Source: Candidatus Iainarchaeum sp.
GTDB taxonomy: Archaea > Iainarchaeota > Iainarchaeia > Iainarchaeales > JAGVWC01
DNA: 64,000 bases
Direction: 5' to 3'
NCBI GenBank assembly: GCA_018304465.1
Contig: JAGVWC010000010.1
Span: 1 to 64,000 of the forward strand
The notes under the pieces: model-generated
What the model was told of the DNA's origin: nothing
What the model saw: only the letters and a program-made list of their open reading frames with translations
Databases searched by the model: none
In this document: piece by piece, positions 1-9,345 of the stretch
Layout: each line of letters starts with the position of its first letter
Numbering within the stretch: position 1 is the stretch's first letter
Position numbers and translations under genes: made by a program

Positions 1-1
1 A

Positions 2-1495
2 GTAACAATATCCGTCTGGTCCGACAACAACTGACGGTTTAAAACAATCTTTTCGAATGCATGTTTTGAGGTCAGGTGGATTTGTCAGAGTTGTAGGGGG
101 TATAGCTCTGACAACCTCATTAGTAGCTCGTGATAATGAGCTGTTTTCTTGTTTTTCTGGTTTTATAGCCAATTCGAGCCATTCTGTAAAGCTCATTAGC
201 GAATTCTGGGGTAGATAGCATTTGGCAAGGTATGACTTGGCTTCCTCGAGGGGGGCGACACTTCCCATTTTCCGGTAACGAGCTTCGTAAAACGCGTCCG
301 TTTGGCTTAAAAACCCATTTAAATCAAGAATAGGTCTTTTTAATGAGTTAGTAATGAGGTTCCCAAGAGGTCTCCAATAAATATTTGATGATCCAAGCCG
401 TTCTTGGTTCAGAAAACCCGCGTCAGACAATGATTTCAAATAACCGTATGCGGTAATCGATGAAATTCCAACAATTTCAGCGGCCTTGTTTTTGTCCACG
501 GCTGTGTCGCGCCCGAATGGGATCCTTTCCAAAAGTTCGAGCGCGGCTCGTGAAACCTGTGACGCTGTTAAACGAATAGCCACATCCCAAACCGCGACTG
601 CCACAATAAAATCTTCAGGTTCCGCGAGAACGTGAATTCCACCAGCCGTCAAGCGACGCTTCTGGTTCATACGAGCCGCGGCCTTGATCAGCGAAAGGAA
701 AAGCGGCAACAGGCGACGGTTCCCCAAAACCGGAAACGAAATATAGTCCGCGAATGGAACCAAAACAACGCACGGCGGCGCGTTGAAAATCTTTTCATTC
801 ACAGAACACAAAAACTCTTTTTCGTCATCCGAAAGTTGTTTTAGTCCAAGGCCGACGGTCTGAATCTGAAAATTAAAAACGGCTTGGTCTTGTTCACGTG
901 ATTCGTTCGGATTCAATAGCAACAAGCGGTTTTTCAATTGGTCATCGCTGACAGCGGAAACGGAATTAAACCACAACAAGGTTTTTCCTTTGAGTTCGAG
1001 CTTTAGCAAATCCCGTTTTGGTCCGAGCGTGAAGTGAACCGGTTTTCTGTTCGAACCACTATCAGTGAGCAAACGAAGCATCGCGGCCTTATCTTCATCG
1101 CGTGGATCGAGCACGAGTTCGGGCGTGTGGACGATCATTTGTGAAAAGTTTTTTTCGGAATCACTTTGCGCATAATAGAAAGCCTTCGGCGAAAAGCTCG
1201 CTAATCGGAGTGTGTTCTTATTTGGAAAAAAATCGAACACGGTTCCGGCGACATGGCTTTTTCCTCTCGAGCTCGCACCGACCGTGTAAAGCGACAGCGG
1301 ATCGACCCCGTCTAATCCAAGTGAATGCCCGGAGAGAAAATGCGCTAACAAAATTTCTTGGTCGCCGACATGTATTTTTCCTGCGGCTTCAAGCAAAAAT
1401 GGAATCGGATTATTTTTGACAAGAAATCTTTCGATTTTTTTTTCGGGCGAAACAAGATCCTCAATCTCTTGACTAGATAAACCTTTTTTGGTCAA
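2..1495 (-). CDS. MCM/AAA+-like replicative helicase or primase-associated ATPase with C-terminal wHTH; runs off the left window edge and is absent from the ORF track
   Basis: Manual translation from TTG at 1495, which overlaps the TGA of the upstream ORF, is open to position 2. It has a Walker A (YTVGASSRGKSH), SFSPKAFYY, an Arg-finger-like DDQLKNRLL, an MCM-lid-like RRLLPLFLSLIKAAAR...AEPEDF and a wHTH (AEIVGISSITAYGYLKSLSDAGFL). Confidence 0.75.
   Translation of the reverse strand, partial: MTKKGLSSQEIEDLVSPEKKIERFLVKNNPIPFLLEAAGKIHVGDQEILLAHFLSGHSLGLDGVDPLSLYTVGASSRGKSHVAGTVFDFFPNKNTLRLASFSPKAFYYAQSDSEKNFSQMIVHTPELVLDPRDEDKAAMLRLLTDSGSNRKPVHFTLGPKRDLLKLELKGKTLLWFNSVSAVSDDQLKNRLLLLNPNESREQDQAVFNFQIQTVGLGLKQLSDDEKEFLCSVNEKIFNAPPCVVLVPFADYISFPVLGNRRLLPLFLSLIKAAARMNQKRRLTAGGIHVLAEPEDFIVAVAVWDVAIRLTASQVSRAALELLERIPFGRDTAVDKNKAAEIVGISSITAYGYLKSLSDAGFLNQERLGSSNIYWRPLGNLITNSLKRPILDLNGFLSQTDAFYEARYRKMGSVAPLEEAKSYLAKCYLPQNSLMSFTEWLELAIKPEKQENSSLSRATNEVVRAIPPTTLTNPPDLKTCIRKDCFKPSVVVGPDGYCY
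82..358. repeat. Iteron-like repeats and hairpin inside the replication gene
   Basis: Five TAATGAG/CTCATTA copies at 116-122, 134-140, 192-198, 341-347 and 352-358, plus the inverted repeat TTGTCAGAG...CTCTGACAA at about 82-114. Confidence 0.55.
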
Positions 1496-1800
1496 CAGTT
1501 CACCTGCAGTTTTTTTTGGTTGGCGATTTTTTCCGGACCGCCCAAACCGGCAACATGGATAGTGTGGATAAGCGAAAATTTTGACATGTGGATCGCTGGG
1601 ATTTTGTCGATTATTTGTTGAACCGCCGCAGTTCCACCAAAAGAATCGACGCATCGAACACAAATGAAAAACGGTCGGTGGGCGGCTCCAAGAAAACGTA
1701 AACGCCGTTTTTCGGATAAAGAACAGAAATGACAAGCGGGTTTTACCAATGACTCCCGCACTTCATTTAAATTTTCAACGACTAAAATCATATAGCACAA
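1492..1800 (-). CDS. Small Zn-finger protein of the element
   Basis: CHFC...CVRC motifs; its stop overlaps the start of the downstream ATPase. Confidence 0.6.
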   Translation of the reverse strand: MCYMILVVENLNEVRESLVKPACHFCSLSEKRRLRFLGAAHRPFFICVRCVDSFGGTAAVQQIIDKIPAIHMSKFSLIHTIHVAGLGGPEKIANQKKLQVNC

Positions 1801-1990
1801 CTTCTTGGGTCCCCCGACCCGAAATTTTTAATCTTTCTTGCCCACCTCTGCAAGAACTGCTGAGATTAGTGGGAATTCTTTTATTCTTGTTTTTTCGTCC
1901 AGGCAAAGAATCGCTTTTGCCAAGACCCGGTACTGTTCCAAACTGCTCACCTGGTAGTACATAGGTTTTTAAAATATTTATACTATAACG

Positions 1991-2530
1991 GTGTTGGGGA
2001 GTAAAATGTACCAAAAAACACCGTTTCTGACATCAAAACAATTATATGCCGCGTTTGAAGCAGTATTGCTGGGTAGCAACACTGTTGAAGGACTAGCCAC
2101 CGCGTTAAACAAACCGAAGAGAACCGCCTTGAACAGATTGAACCAATTAATGAAATTTGGGTTAATCACAAGTTCTCGTCTAAAATACACAGACCCCAAT
2201 GCCGCAAATGGCCATATTCGTTGTTATTTGATCAGTCCTCAAAATCAAATTGTTTTTTGGCAAGAATACTTGAACTGGCTTAAAACAAAGGGGAAGATTA
2301 TTCGAGTATCCCCCGACAAACTCGTTGATGGAATGAGGGAACTTCAAGCAAAGAAAGTACAGGCGTTTGCATCCTTGTTAGAATATGTATCTGACCACCC
2401 CAAAGAAAAGCACGAAACTTTTACATGGTCCAGTTTCAAAAAGATCGGTGGTATTGATTTGCCGACTACTTTTGAAGAACATTTTGTTCAATGGAGTTTG
2501 GCTTTCGGAAAATATATTGAAAACGCGTAA
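1991..2530 (+). CDS. wHTH protein, repressor-like
   Basis: N-terminal TVEGLATALNKPKRTALNRLNQLMKFGLI helix-turn-helix pattern; divergent from the replication genes. Confidence 0.6.
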   Translation: MLGSKMYQKTPFLTSKQLYAAFEAVLLGSNTVEGLATALNKPKRTALNRLNQLMKFGLITSSRLKYTDPNAANGHIRCYLISPQNQIVFWQEYLNWLKTKGKIIRVSPDKLVDGMRELQAKKVQAFASLLEYVSDHPKEKHETFTWSSFKKIGGIDLPTTFEEHFVQWSLAFGKYIENA

Positions 2531-2535
2531 AATAG

Positions 2536-2561
2536 AAAAACCCGCGCTTGTTAAGGCGCGG
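2536..2561 (-). terminator. Hairpin plus T-tract between convergent genes
   Basis: CCGCGCTT/AGGCGCGG stem preceded by an A-run on the + strand. Confidence 0.45.
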
Positions 2562-2592
2562 TGTTATCACGGCTATGATTAAAAATTGTTTT

Positions 2593-3873
2593 TCATGGTC
2601 TTTTCACCTCCGCGTTAAGCAATAATTGCATTCCGCGCACGGTTTCTTCTAATTCAAGCATTCGCGCTTCGCTTCGAGTTTGTTCACTGATCAAAGCCGT
2701 TGGATCAAGGCTTAAATTACATTTCAAACAAAGCGAGGCGTTTGCCGGATAGCGCGAACCACATTTGAAACAAGTCTTTGGCGAATCCAATGCTTTGCCA
2801 TTCTTTGGATTGGTTAATCCAACCGTTTCAGCATAGGCTTCGTTTGAATCATCAAACAACATAGCCGAATAAACCTTGGCCATGCTGGATGATTCGTTTC
2901 CATGGGTTCGCTTCAAAGCAACCGCCATATTTTTCATGTTCTTCAAACACCAAGTAACATGGCTTCGCCGAAACATAGTCCAAAAAACCGGTTCACCATC
3001 GTATTGGTTGTAATAAAACCGATTGTTGGTTTTGTGTTTCTTCCATTTTCCCAATCCCGCCTTAACAGCGATCCGGTGTAATGTGTCGCTCAATGCTTTT
3101 TCGGTCATGGGTCTGAAACCGTTTTTTTGCACCAAGAAAACAAAATCGTTAGGGTCTTTTTTGGGAGATTCTTCAAACCAAACCGCCAAAAATCCGGCAA
3201 GTGTTGGTTCTAACAAAATTCCACGCCTTGGCGTTGTTTTGGATTCAATGAAATCAATGGACGCGCTTTTGTTTTCAGGGTTGAACAGCACGTCACGTCT
3301 TCGCAATCCCAAAACTTCGCCAGCGCGTGGCCCCATGCCATAACCCACGGCTACCAATGCTTTTTCTTGGGTGTTCCCCGCGTTTAATAATTTCAAAAAG
3401 CGTTCTTCGGTTATCAAAAAGTTTTCGATTCGGAGTTTTCGTTTTTTGTTTGCTTCAGGGCCGTATGGGTTGCCTGTTTTCATTTCGTCTTTGAGTTCCA
3501 AAAGCATGTTAGGGTATTCTTTTGGATTACACCACTTAATCAGAATCCGAAGGTCTTTGATTCGTCCTTTCCATGTTTGAAGGTTTGGTTCTCGGCCTTC
3601 TTTGCGTTCTTTTTGTTCAAAGTGCTTGATGATTTGCCGGATTTTGTCGGTTCCCAAGGGTGTTAATGGTTGGTCACCCAGTGCTTCGGCGAATTGTCTT
3701 AATGCCCTGGCTAAAAAGTATTTTCGACAAAGCCCGGGGGCTTTTCGTTCATGGGTGTAGTTGGTTAGAAAGTCATTGATTGTTTCTTGGTTTGGTTTGG
3801 ATAATTGGTTTATCTTGGTTGTTTCGCTTTCATATCTTCCTTGTATATAGTGTGGATCGAATTCCCCTGTCAT
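2593..3873 (-). CDS. Tyrosine recombinase/integrase with C-terminal Zn ribbon
   Basis: GPRAGEVLGL (R), ESKT (K), TMFRRSH, THG, KVY (Y) and CFKC..CLKC. The likely start is ATG 3873 after a GAGGGG SD. Confidence 0.9.
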   Translation of the reverse strand: MTGEFDPHYIQGRYESETTKINQLSKPNQETINDFLTNYTHERKAPGLCRKYFLARALRQFAEALGDQPLTPLGTDKIRQIIKHFEQKERKEGREPNLQTWKGRIKDLRILIKWCNPKEYPNMLLELKDEMKTGNPYGPEANKKRKLRIENFLITEERFLKLLNAGNTQEKALVAVGYGMGPRAGEVLGLRRRDVLFNPENKSASIDFIESKTTPRRGILLEPTLAGFLAVWFEESPKKDPNDFVFLVQKNGFRPMTEKALSDTLHRIAVKAGLGKWKKHKTNNRFYYNQYDGEPVFWTMFRRSHVTWCLKNMKNMAVALKRTHGNESSSMAKVYSAMLFDDSNEAYAETVGLTNPKNGKALDSPKTCFKCGSRYPANASLCLKCNLSLDPTALISEQTRSEARMLELEETVRGMQLLLNAEVKRP

Positions 3874-4016
3874 AATACCCCTCTCTTTTTCGAAATTTAA
3901 AAGGAGTGAGGCGTGGACTACAACCAACAACCCAAGAGCATCTGCGGGGCTATTCTTTTTTTCAGACATATTTAATAACTCTCGTCTACTTATTTTGAAA
4001 AAAAGGACGGATTCGA

Positions 4017-4610
4017 ATGCCTCGCCCGAGAAAACCAATTGCAAAACCGTTGCCAAAAATTGCAAAACCGCTGCCAACGATCGACCCCACCCATATATTC
4101 GTAACCACTTCTGTGGCCGCCCGAAAACTAAAAGACTATGGCGTCAAAATCACGGAAGGACAATTGGGAAAATGGATCGACAACGGATTATACACCGGCG
4201 CCCGAATAGTTCATCATCCGCGCAAAGCACGGATCATCGAAGAAAACGTAGTCGATCAGATGATCGCAAACGCAGCCGCCGGACAAAAACTGTACGCCGG
4301 CCTCAAGGCACCCAAAAAAGGCTTTGGGGCCCCGTCAGTTGATCAACGCAAAGAAATTTCCCGACGAATCGCCGCAAACAAAAGAAAAAGTGCAGCGGAC
4401 TGGAGGCAATTCGGAGGCAACATCGAAAAGAATCTGGACACAATCGCTCCGCTGCGAAGAGAACTCTTTTTGCGCGACGACGTGGATTACCAAAAACTGC
4501 TTGTGCTTGACCGGAAAATCAAAGAAGGATTAAAGCTTCCGCCCAAAGAATTCAACCAAAAAATCGTTCTGGTCATTCGACGCGTGCTAGCGAAAAAAAC
4601 CAAGCCGTAA
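4017..4610 (+). CDS. Basic orphan with MerR/excisionase-like HTH
   Basis: MPRPRKP leader, TTSVAARKL...QLGKWIDNG, and a 21-bp-period tandem repeat at 4037-4077 encoding IAKPLP twice. Confidence 0.7.
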   Translation: MPRPRKPIAKPLPKIAKPLPTIDPTHIFVTTSVAARKLKDYGVKITEGQLGKWIDNGLYTGARIVHHPRKARIIEENVVDQMIANAAAGQKLYAGLKAPKKGFGAPSVDQRKEISRRIAANKRKSAADWRQFGGNIEKNLDTIAPLRRELFLRDDVDYQKLLVLDRKIKEGLKLPPKEFNQKIVLVIRRVLAKKTKP

Positions 4611-4774
4611 ACAACTCATTTTTTCACTTCCCTTCAAAAATAAAAAATTATAAAAGTGAATGAACCCAGGTATTCGAACAACATCTCAAATCAAAAAGGG
4701 CGTTAAAACCATTTGTATCCAATAACGGCCAACTCATCGGAGTCGCCAGCGGAAAAGAGCTCATTGGTCTTTGC

Positions 4775-5089
4775 ATGTATGTTCCGGTTCGGACCGACTG
4801 GAATTTCATTTCGTTTATCTGGACACATCAGCGATCTCCGCACGCCAAAGAATTCAAAAAAAACTTTGGGTTGACCCCCGCCCAACAAATCTTTGAAGAA
4901 TTCTCCAAAAATGGAATGCGGTTCTTTTCCCACAACGAAACCACTCCCGCCGGAAACCGGTTTTTGGACTGGTTTAGGCGCGGAAACTTCGTGCGAAAAA
5001 CAGGCGAAAATATATTCGAATTCAATCCCGAAACGGAACATCCAAAAACAAATCCACGGTCCGCCATGCGACGAATCGTTCACCGGTAA
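4775..5089 (+). CDS. Hypothetical protein; start uncertain, possibly frameshifted
   Basis: The frame is open back to about 4664 but the nearest upstream ATG (4660) is out of frame. Confidence 0.5.
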   Translation: MYVPVRTDWNFISFIWTHQRSPHAKEFKKNFGLTPAQQIFEEFSKNGMRFFSHNETTPAGNRFLDWFRRGNFVRKTGENIFEFNPETEHPKTNPRSAMRRIVHR

Positions 5090-5142
5090 ACGGAAAAGCC
5101 GTCAGGGAAACAAATATATTGATCAAGTTCTTTTTGTATGAA

Positions 5143-6048
5143 ATGCCCAAAACACCCAAAGTTCAATTGGCATACCAAAAATACCGGCGGTTCCCCGGCC
5201 GCAAAATTTCTTTTAAAAAATTTTCCAGAATTGTGAACGCAGCTCCAAACGAATCAGTTTCCCATCTGGCCCAGCGGATTTCGTCACATATCCCGACTGT
5301 TCGACGAATCCTGATTCTTTCCGGACGAACACAAGAACAAATATCGGACGCAGGACGAAACGCGCACCAGCTTGCCAATCGCATTGATACCTACATGGAT
5401 CCCGCTACGATGCAATGGGTTGAGAACCAACTGAGTGCAAACCAGTTGACCATCACGAAAATTTCGTCCAGATCAGGAATATCCAAAAAGGCTTTACGAG
5501 GAATTAACAGCCGGAAAAAACTCCGACCCCATTCCCGAAGCAGTGGAAGCAGAATCCAGTGGAAAGAAAGACGAGAACCGGTGTGGGTTAGAATCAAAGG
5601 ACTGCTCAAGGCAAGAACCGTGGACGGAGATCTTAAATACACCGAAAAAGAAGTCAAAGATTTGCTCAGGAAAACTGGCGTCAGAGCAGGCCACGATCTG
5701 ATCGTCAAGATCGCCCAGCAAGTACGTTCCGAGGAAGAGCGAGCGTCAATGCAAGGACGGCAAATTCCCGCGACCGCCCGGCGTGAAACATTCCTGCGCA
5801 GAGCCCTTCGATCCACCTTCGAACCCACTCAAAGAATCATTCGGCGTGCGATCGACCGCGAGGCAGCGCACGGAAGAAAACCGTCTAAAGCAGGAATCCA
5901 ACTTGCCCTCACCCGCTTCAGTTCCAACCAACCCGGACAAAAGCGCAGATTCTTGGAAGGAGAAACCAACAAAAGAAAGATCATTCAAAGATATGCAAGA
6001 AAACTCCGCCCCCAAAAATTCAACTGGGAAGCCATGGCGACGAAATGA
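5143..6048 (+). CDS. Very basic orphan with HTH-like segments
   Basis: MPKTPK leader, Arg/Lys-rich, with SVSHLAQRISSHIPTVRRIL and TITKISSRSGISKKAL. Confidence 0.75.
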   Translation: MPKTPKVQLAYQKYRRFPGRKISFKKFSRIVNAAPNESVSHLAQRISSHIPTVRRILILSGRTQEQISDAGRNAHQLANRIDTYMDPATMQWVENQLSANQLTITKISSRSGISKKALRGINSRKKLRPHSRSSGSRIQWKERREPVWVRIKGLLKARTVDGDLKYTEKEVKDLLRKTGVRAGHDLIVKIAQQVRSEEERASMQGRQIPATARRETFLRRALRSTFEPTQRIIRRAIDREAAHGRKPSKAGIQLALTRFSSNQPGQKRRFLEGETNKRKIIQRYARKLRPQKFNWEAMATK

Positions 6049-6214
6049 AAATGCCTGTTTGGTTCATCCGCGAAACAATTTCGGAAGAATATCTTCGGCA
6101 GGGGTATCATCCAACCCGAATAACGGAGTTAACAGGACTACCCGAACCGGAATTATACCGACTGCGGGAAAACGTCAGACAGCAAACCAAACGAGGTAAA
6201 AAACCCGCCGCGGT

Positions 6215-6472
6215 TTAAACAAGAACGGTATCGCCAAGGATTAACGGTACAAACAAATCATTTTCATCTTTTTTGTTGTTTTTGAATTTCAGGGAAACAA
6301 ACGCATTTTTAATAAAACCAGAAAAATGATGCCCAAGACTTCGATCAACGGCAGCCATCCCAAATGCTTGTTGTACGCGTCGACTTTGCTGATGACCCAG
6401 GCGCCGCGTTGCAAGACGCGATGCGATTTTTTCTTTCGAGCCATATTTTTTCAACACTTGGGAGTTGACCAT
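6215..6472 (-). CDS. Small hypothetical protein
   Basis: ORF from ATG 6472 in an otherwise empty gap. Confidence 0.45.
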   Translation of the reverse strand: MVNSQVLKKYGSKEKIASRLATRRLGHQQSRRVQQAFGMAAVDRSLGHHFSGFIKNAFVSLKFKNNKKDENDLFVPLILGDTVLV

Positions 6473-6555
6473 ACTTACGCGATTGAGAAATAAAAGCACT
6501 TCGGTTGCAAAACCGAACCAATTGATGCAAAAAAGTTGTCCTGGTTTGTGCGGAT

Positions 6556-7092
6556 TCACGCATATAATTCCGCGTTTTCAAGGTGAATGAGCGCCATGCG
6601 AATCGCCTGCTGGGTATAATCTTTTCGGGTCACGCGATTACGCGTCAAAATTCCGATGATTCCTTCTTCTTTTCCCAAAGAATCGCTTTTCGTCAACCCC
6701 GCGTCTTTGACGGCTTTGGCCAATTCCATTTTTTGATGCAACACGCGGTCCATCACTTTAATGGGAACTTCGAACGCAGATGAACACCCGATATGAGCTT
6801 CTTTTCCGTCAAAAATCACGCACACGGTCACTTCCAAAAAACCCGTTTTGGTGTAAGGCACTGCCATCAAACCCGATTCGATTCCAAAACTCAAATCACA
6901 ATCCGAAAAAGCGTTTTTGGCACGCGCAATCGCGCCTTTGAGGATTTCTTCCAAAGACAACGGCTGTTCCGATACATCGGATGACACCGGGCGAAGCTCA
7001 AAAGACGCGTCCGCCAACAAGGGGTATTCGGGAATCAAATCCGTGACCGCCAATAACTTCACGGGGTTTTTCGACGCAACAACGATTTTCAT
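6556..7092 (-). CDS. yjjX: Inosine/xanthosine triphosphatase (YjjX family)
   Basis: MKIVVASKNPVK, SDVSEQP, GIESG, GIIGILT and VTRKD. Confidence 0.9.
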   Translation of the reverse strand: MKIVVASKNPVKLLAVTDLIPEYPLLADASFELRPVSSDVSEQPLSLEEILKGAIARAKNAFSDCDLSFGIESGLMAVPYTKTGFLEVTVCVIFDGKEAHIGCSSAFEVPIKVMDRVLHQKMELAKAVKDAGLTKSDSLGKEEGIIGILTRNRVTRKDYTQQAIRMALIHLENAELYA

Positions 7093-7192
7093 GCTATTAC
7101 TCGGAAAGAAAAAGACTAAAAAACCGTTTGAACCAAAAAAACCCAAAGAATATATACTGTTGAAAAAGAATGATTAAACCATACGGAGCACC

Positions 7193-7630
7193 ATGACCCG
7201 CATCAAAGGAATCCGATATACCCCAAACGACGTTTCCCGCGTCCAACGGCGGCGAAAACTACTTGTCGGAGCCACCGCAACAACGAAATGTATTACGGAA
7301 AAATCCATTGGAAAAAAGAAAACTTTCTCGGATATCCCGGAGCCGCGCGATCAACAGGTTTCGCAAACCCTTGACCCACGAAGGTTTTTCCGATTCGCGG
7401 TTCAAACCCAGATGCGGTCGCAGCAACAATTCTTTTCAATACTCCAAGGACAGCATAGCCGAAAAGAAACACGGCGGTTCGAATTAAAAAGGTTTTTGAA
7501 GGGTCACTCGAGAAACGTCAGGAAAAACATGACCAGAACTCCTAACGCCATGAGCAAGGTATGCGCAAAAATCGCGGAGGGCTTGGTTTCTTTTTTGGTT
7601 TCCGGAATCAAATCCGCCGCCGCGATGTAA
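7193..7630 (+). CDS. Possible basic hypothetical protein; 3' end overlaps the ZIP gene
   Basis: ATG after GGAG and a basic N-terminus, but about 127 bp of antisense overlap. Confidence 0.3.
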   Translation: MTRIKGIRYTPNDVSRVQRRRKLLVGATATTKCITEKSIGKKKTFSDIPEPRDQQVSQTLDPRRFFRFAVQTQMRSQQQFFSILQGQHSRKETRRFELKRFLKGHSRNVRKNMTRTPNAMSKVCAKIAEGLVSFLVSGIKSAAAM

Positions 7631-8259
7631 AGCATTCCGCCGGCCGCGATCGGCAGCAAAAAAGTCTGAACCATCCCCATTTTTTCAAATAAAAAAAACG
7701 TGATAAGCGCTCCGAGCACGGCACTCAACGCCGTAACAAAATTGAACAACAAGGCTTTTTTTTTGGAAAACCCAGAATACAACAAAATTCCAAAATCCCC
7801 GATTTCCTGGGGAATCTCATGAAAAATAACCGCCAAGGTGGTCGCGACTCCCGCCGGAAACGAAACCAAATACGCCCCCGCGATAATCATTCCATCAAGC
7901 AAGTTATGAATGCCGTCCCCCAAGAGATTCATAAACCCCAACGAATGCTGGTGCATTTCTTCTCCCACCGGGGTTCCCGAATGATGGTGCCAGTGCATGG
8001 TTTTTTCGATCAACAGAAAAATGAAAAAACCCACGCAGAAAAAAATCCCAAACGACCGCAACGATTCAGTGGATCCTTCAATGGCTTCCGGAATCAAGTG
8101 CAAAAAAACATCGCCCAACAAGGTGCCCGCGGCAAAGCTCACGAAAAAAAGCAGATATTTCTGCAAAATCGGAGATCTCCAAAACAACAACACGATTCCG
8201 ATGACCGAAACCAAACTGACCGTGAAAACGCTTCCCAAAATCCACAACAACGGATCCAT
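7504..8259 (-). CDS. ZIP family metal (Zn) transporter
   Basis: FLHLIPEA, HWHHH loop, GDGIHNLLDG and HEIPQEIGD. Confidence 0.95.
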   Translation of the reverse strand: MDPLLWILGSVFTVSLVSVIGIVLLFWRSPILQKYLLFFVSFAAGTLLGDVFLHLIPEAIEGSTESLRSFGIFFCVGFFIFLLIEKTMHWHHHSGTPVGEEMHQHSLGFMNLLGDGIHNLLDGMIIAGAYLVSFPAGVATTLAVIFHEIPQEIGDFGILLYSGFSKKKALLFNFVTALSAVLGALITFFLFEKMGMVQTFLLPIAAGGMLYIAAADLIPETKKETKPSAIFAHTLLMALGVLVMFFLTFLE

Positions 8260-8311
8260 ACAACAACCGCCCACACACGATTTTTTTCGGCCATTCAAAG
8301 CCCGAAACTAC

Positions 8312-8349
8312 TAATAACTATTTCTAAAATGTTATTATCAAATAACATT
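8312..8349. promoter_or_regulatory. Putative operator between the ZIP gene and the NikR-like regulator
   Basis: Perfect inverted repeat AATGTTATT-N4-AATAACATT (8328-8349), overlapped by TAATAAC-N12-GTTATTA (8312-8337). Confidence 0.55.
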
Positions 8350-8386
8350 AAAAACGGGTTTGTTAATAAGTATGAAGGAAGAAGTT

Positions 8387-8770
8387 ATGAAAATCGTTTC
8401 GGTTTCGTTTACGGAAAAAAACCTCGACGACATCCGCCAACTCAAACGCGACTTGGGCCTTGGGAATTCCTCGGAAACCCTGCGTGTCGCGCTCCAGTTC
8501 GCGCTGGAAAAACACACCGAAGAAAAAAAAATCCGCGGAAACCAAACCGCGGCCTTGGTGATCCGGCATTCGCACAAAACCGAACGCTTCGTTTCCGACA
8601 CCAAACACGACTTCCAAACGCTGGTCAAAAGTCAGAACCATTACTGCCAAAACAGCGACGAATGCGTCGACATGTTTTTGCTGTCCGGACCCGCCGAACA
8701 AATCAAAAAAATGCGAAACCAACTGCTGTCAAGCAAAGAAATCGGAAAAGTCGCTTTTTTGCCGCTTTAA
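8387..8770 (+). CDS. NikR-family ribbon-helix-helix metalloregulator
   Basis: RHH N-terminus (KIVSVSF..NSSETLRVAL) and an ACT-like C-domain with H..H-x-C..C. Confidence 0.8.
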   Translation: MKIVSVSFTEKNLDDIRQLKRDLGLGNSSETLRVALQFALEKHTEEKKIRGNQTAALVIRHSHKTERFVSDTKHDFQTLVKSQNHYCQNSDECVDMFLLSGPAEQIKKMRNQLLSSKEIGKVAFLPL

Positions 8771-9345
8771 TTTTCGTGCAGATGGTTTCTTGAAAGCTCG
8801 AACGAAAACACTTCGTGGGCCGGTTTTCTGGAACCGACAGGGGCTTTGTTCGAAACCGCCGAATATCCGATCCCGACCATCAAAGGAACGAAATCCCCGT
8901 GTTTTGCATTCAAGAGTCTTTTAGCGATTTCGTTGTCCGGCGTCAGGATGCAAGAGGCAAGACTCAGGTCAGTTGCCGCAAGCGACATGCACAACGCGGG
9001 CATTCCGGCCGAAAGAAAACTCTCGTAAAAACCGAGTTTTTTTTCCTTGATTCCTCGGAAAAATTCTTCGCTCCAATAACCTTCTTTCAAAACAACCGCG
9101 ATGATCGCGTTTGGAAGCGACGCGAAATGACCGTACTTCGCACAACCCACCAGATCGGAAATACGCTGCCGATCACGCACGAGCACGAACTCCCACGGTT
9201 GCACATTCAAATAGCTCGGCGAATATTGCGCACACGAAAGGATTTCATCGAGCAGTTCGGACGGAACTTGCTCGGAGGAATACGCGTACTCCGAGCCGCG
9301 CAATTTGAGCAAGGACAAGAAAGATTTGGGTGAAAACGCATCCAT
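8767..9345 (-). CDS. Nitroreductase family protein
   Basis: SPSYLNVQPWEFVLV and ATDLSLASC. Confidence 0.9.
   Translation of the reverse strand: MDAFSPKSFLSLLKLRGSEYAYSSEQVPSELLDEILSCAQYSPSYLNVQPWEFVLVRDRQRISDLVGCAKYGHFASLPNAIIAVVLKEGYWSEEFFRGIKEKKLGFYESFLSAGMPALCMSLAATDLSLASCILTPDNEIAKRLLNAKHGDFVPLMVGIGYSAVSNKAPVGSRKPAHEVFSFELSRNHLHEN

Larger units (their letters stand above)
1..3900. mobile_element. Right end of an integrated provirus or plasmid-like element
   Basis: Integrase, divergent wHTH regulator and replication ATPase occur together, and the core A/C strand bias is weak here. No att site was identified. Confidence 0.7.

Noticed and set aside
4004-4021. GGACGGATTCGAA, resembling a reverse-complemented tRNA T-loop (possible att core)
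   Set aside because: There is no paired T-stem or acceptor stem and no second copy in the window.
3874-4077. N-terminal extension of the 494-aa integrase ORF
   Set aside because: It overlaps the divergent 4017 gene, and an SD-supported ATG at 3873 is the better start.
7819-8793. Long antisense ORFs (also 10099-10806, 15192-15950, 20513-21412, 31117-31875, 50941-51612)
   Set aside because: They shadow well-supported opposite-strand genes and have no motifs, which biased codon usage readily explains.
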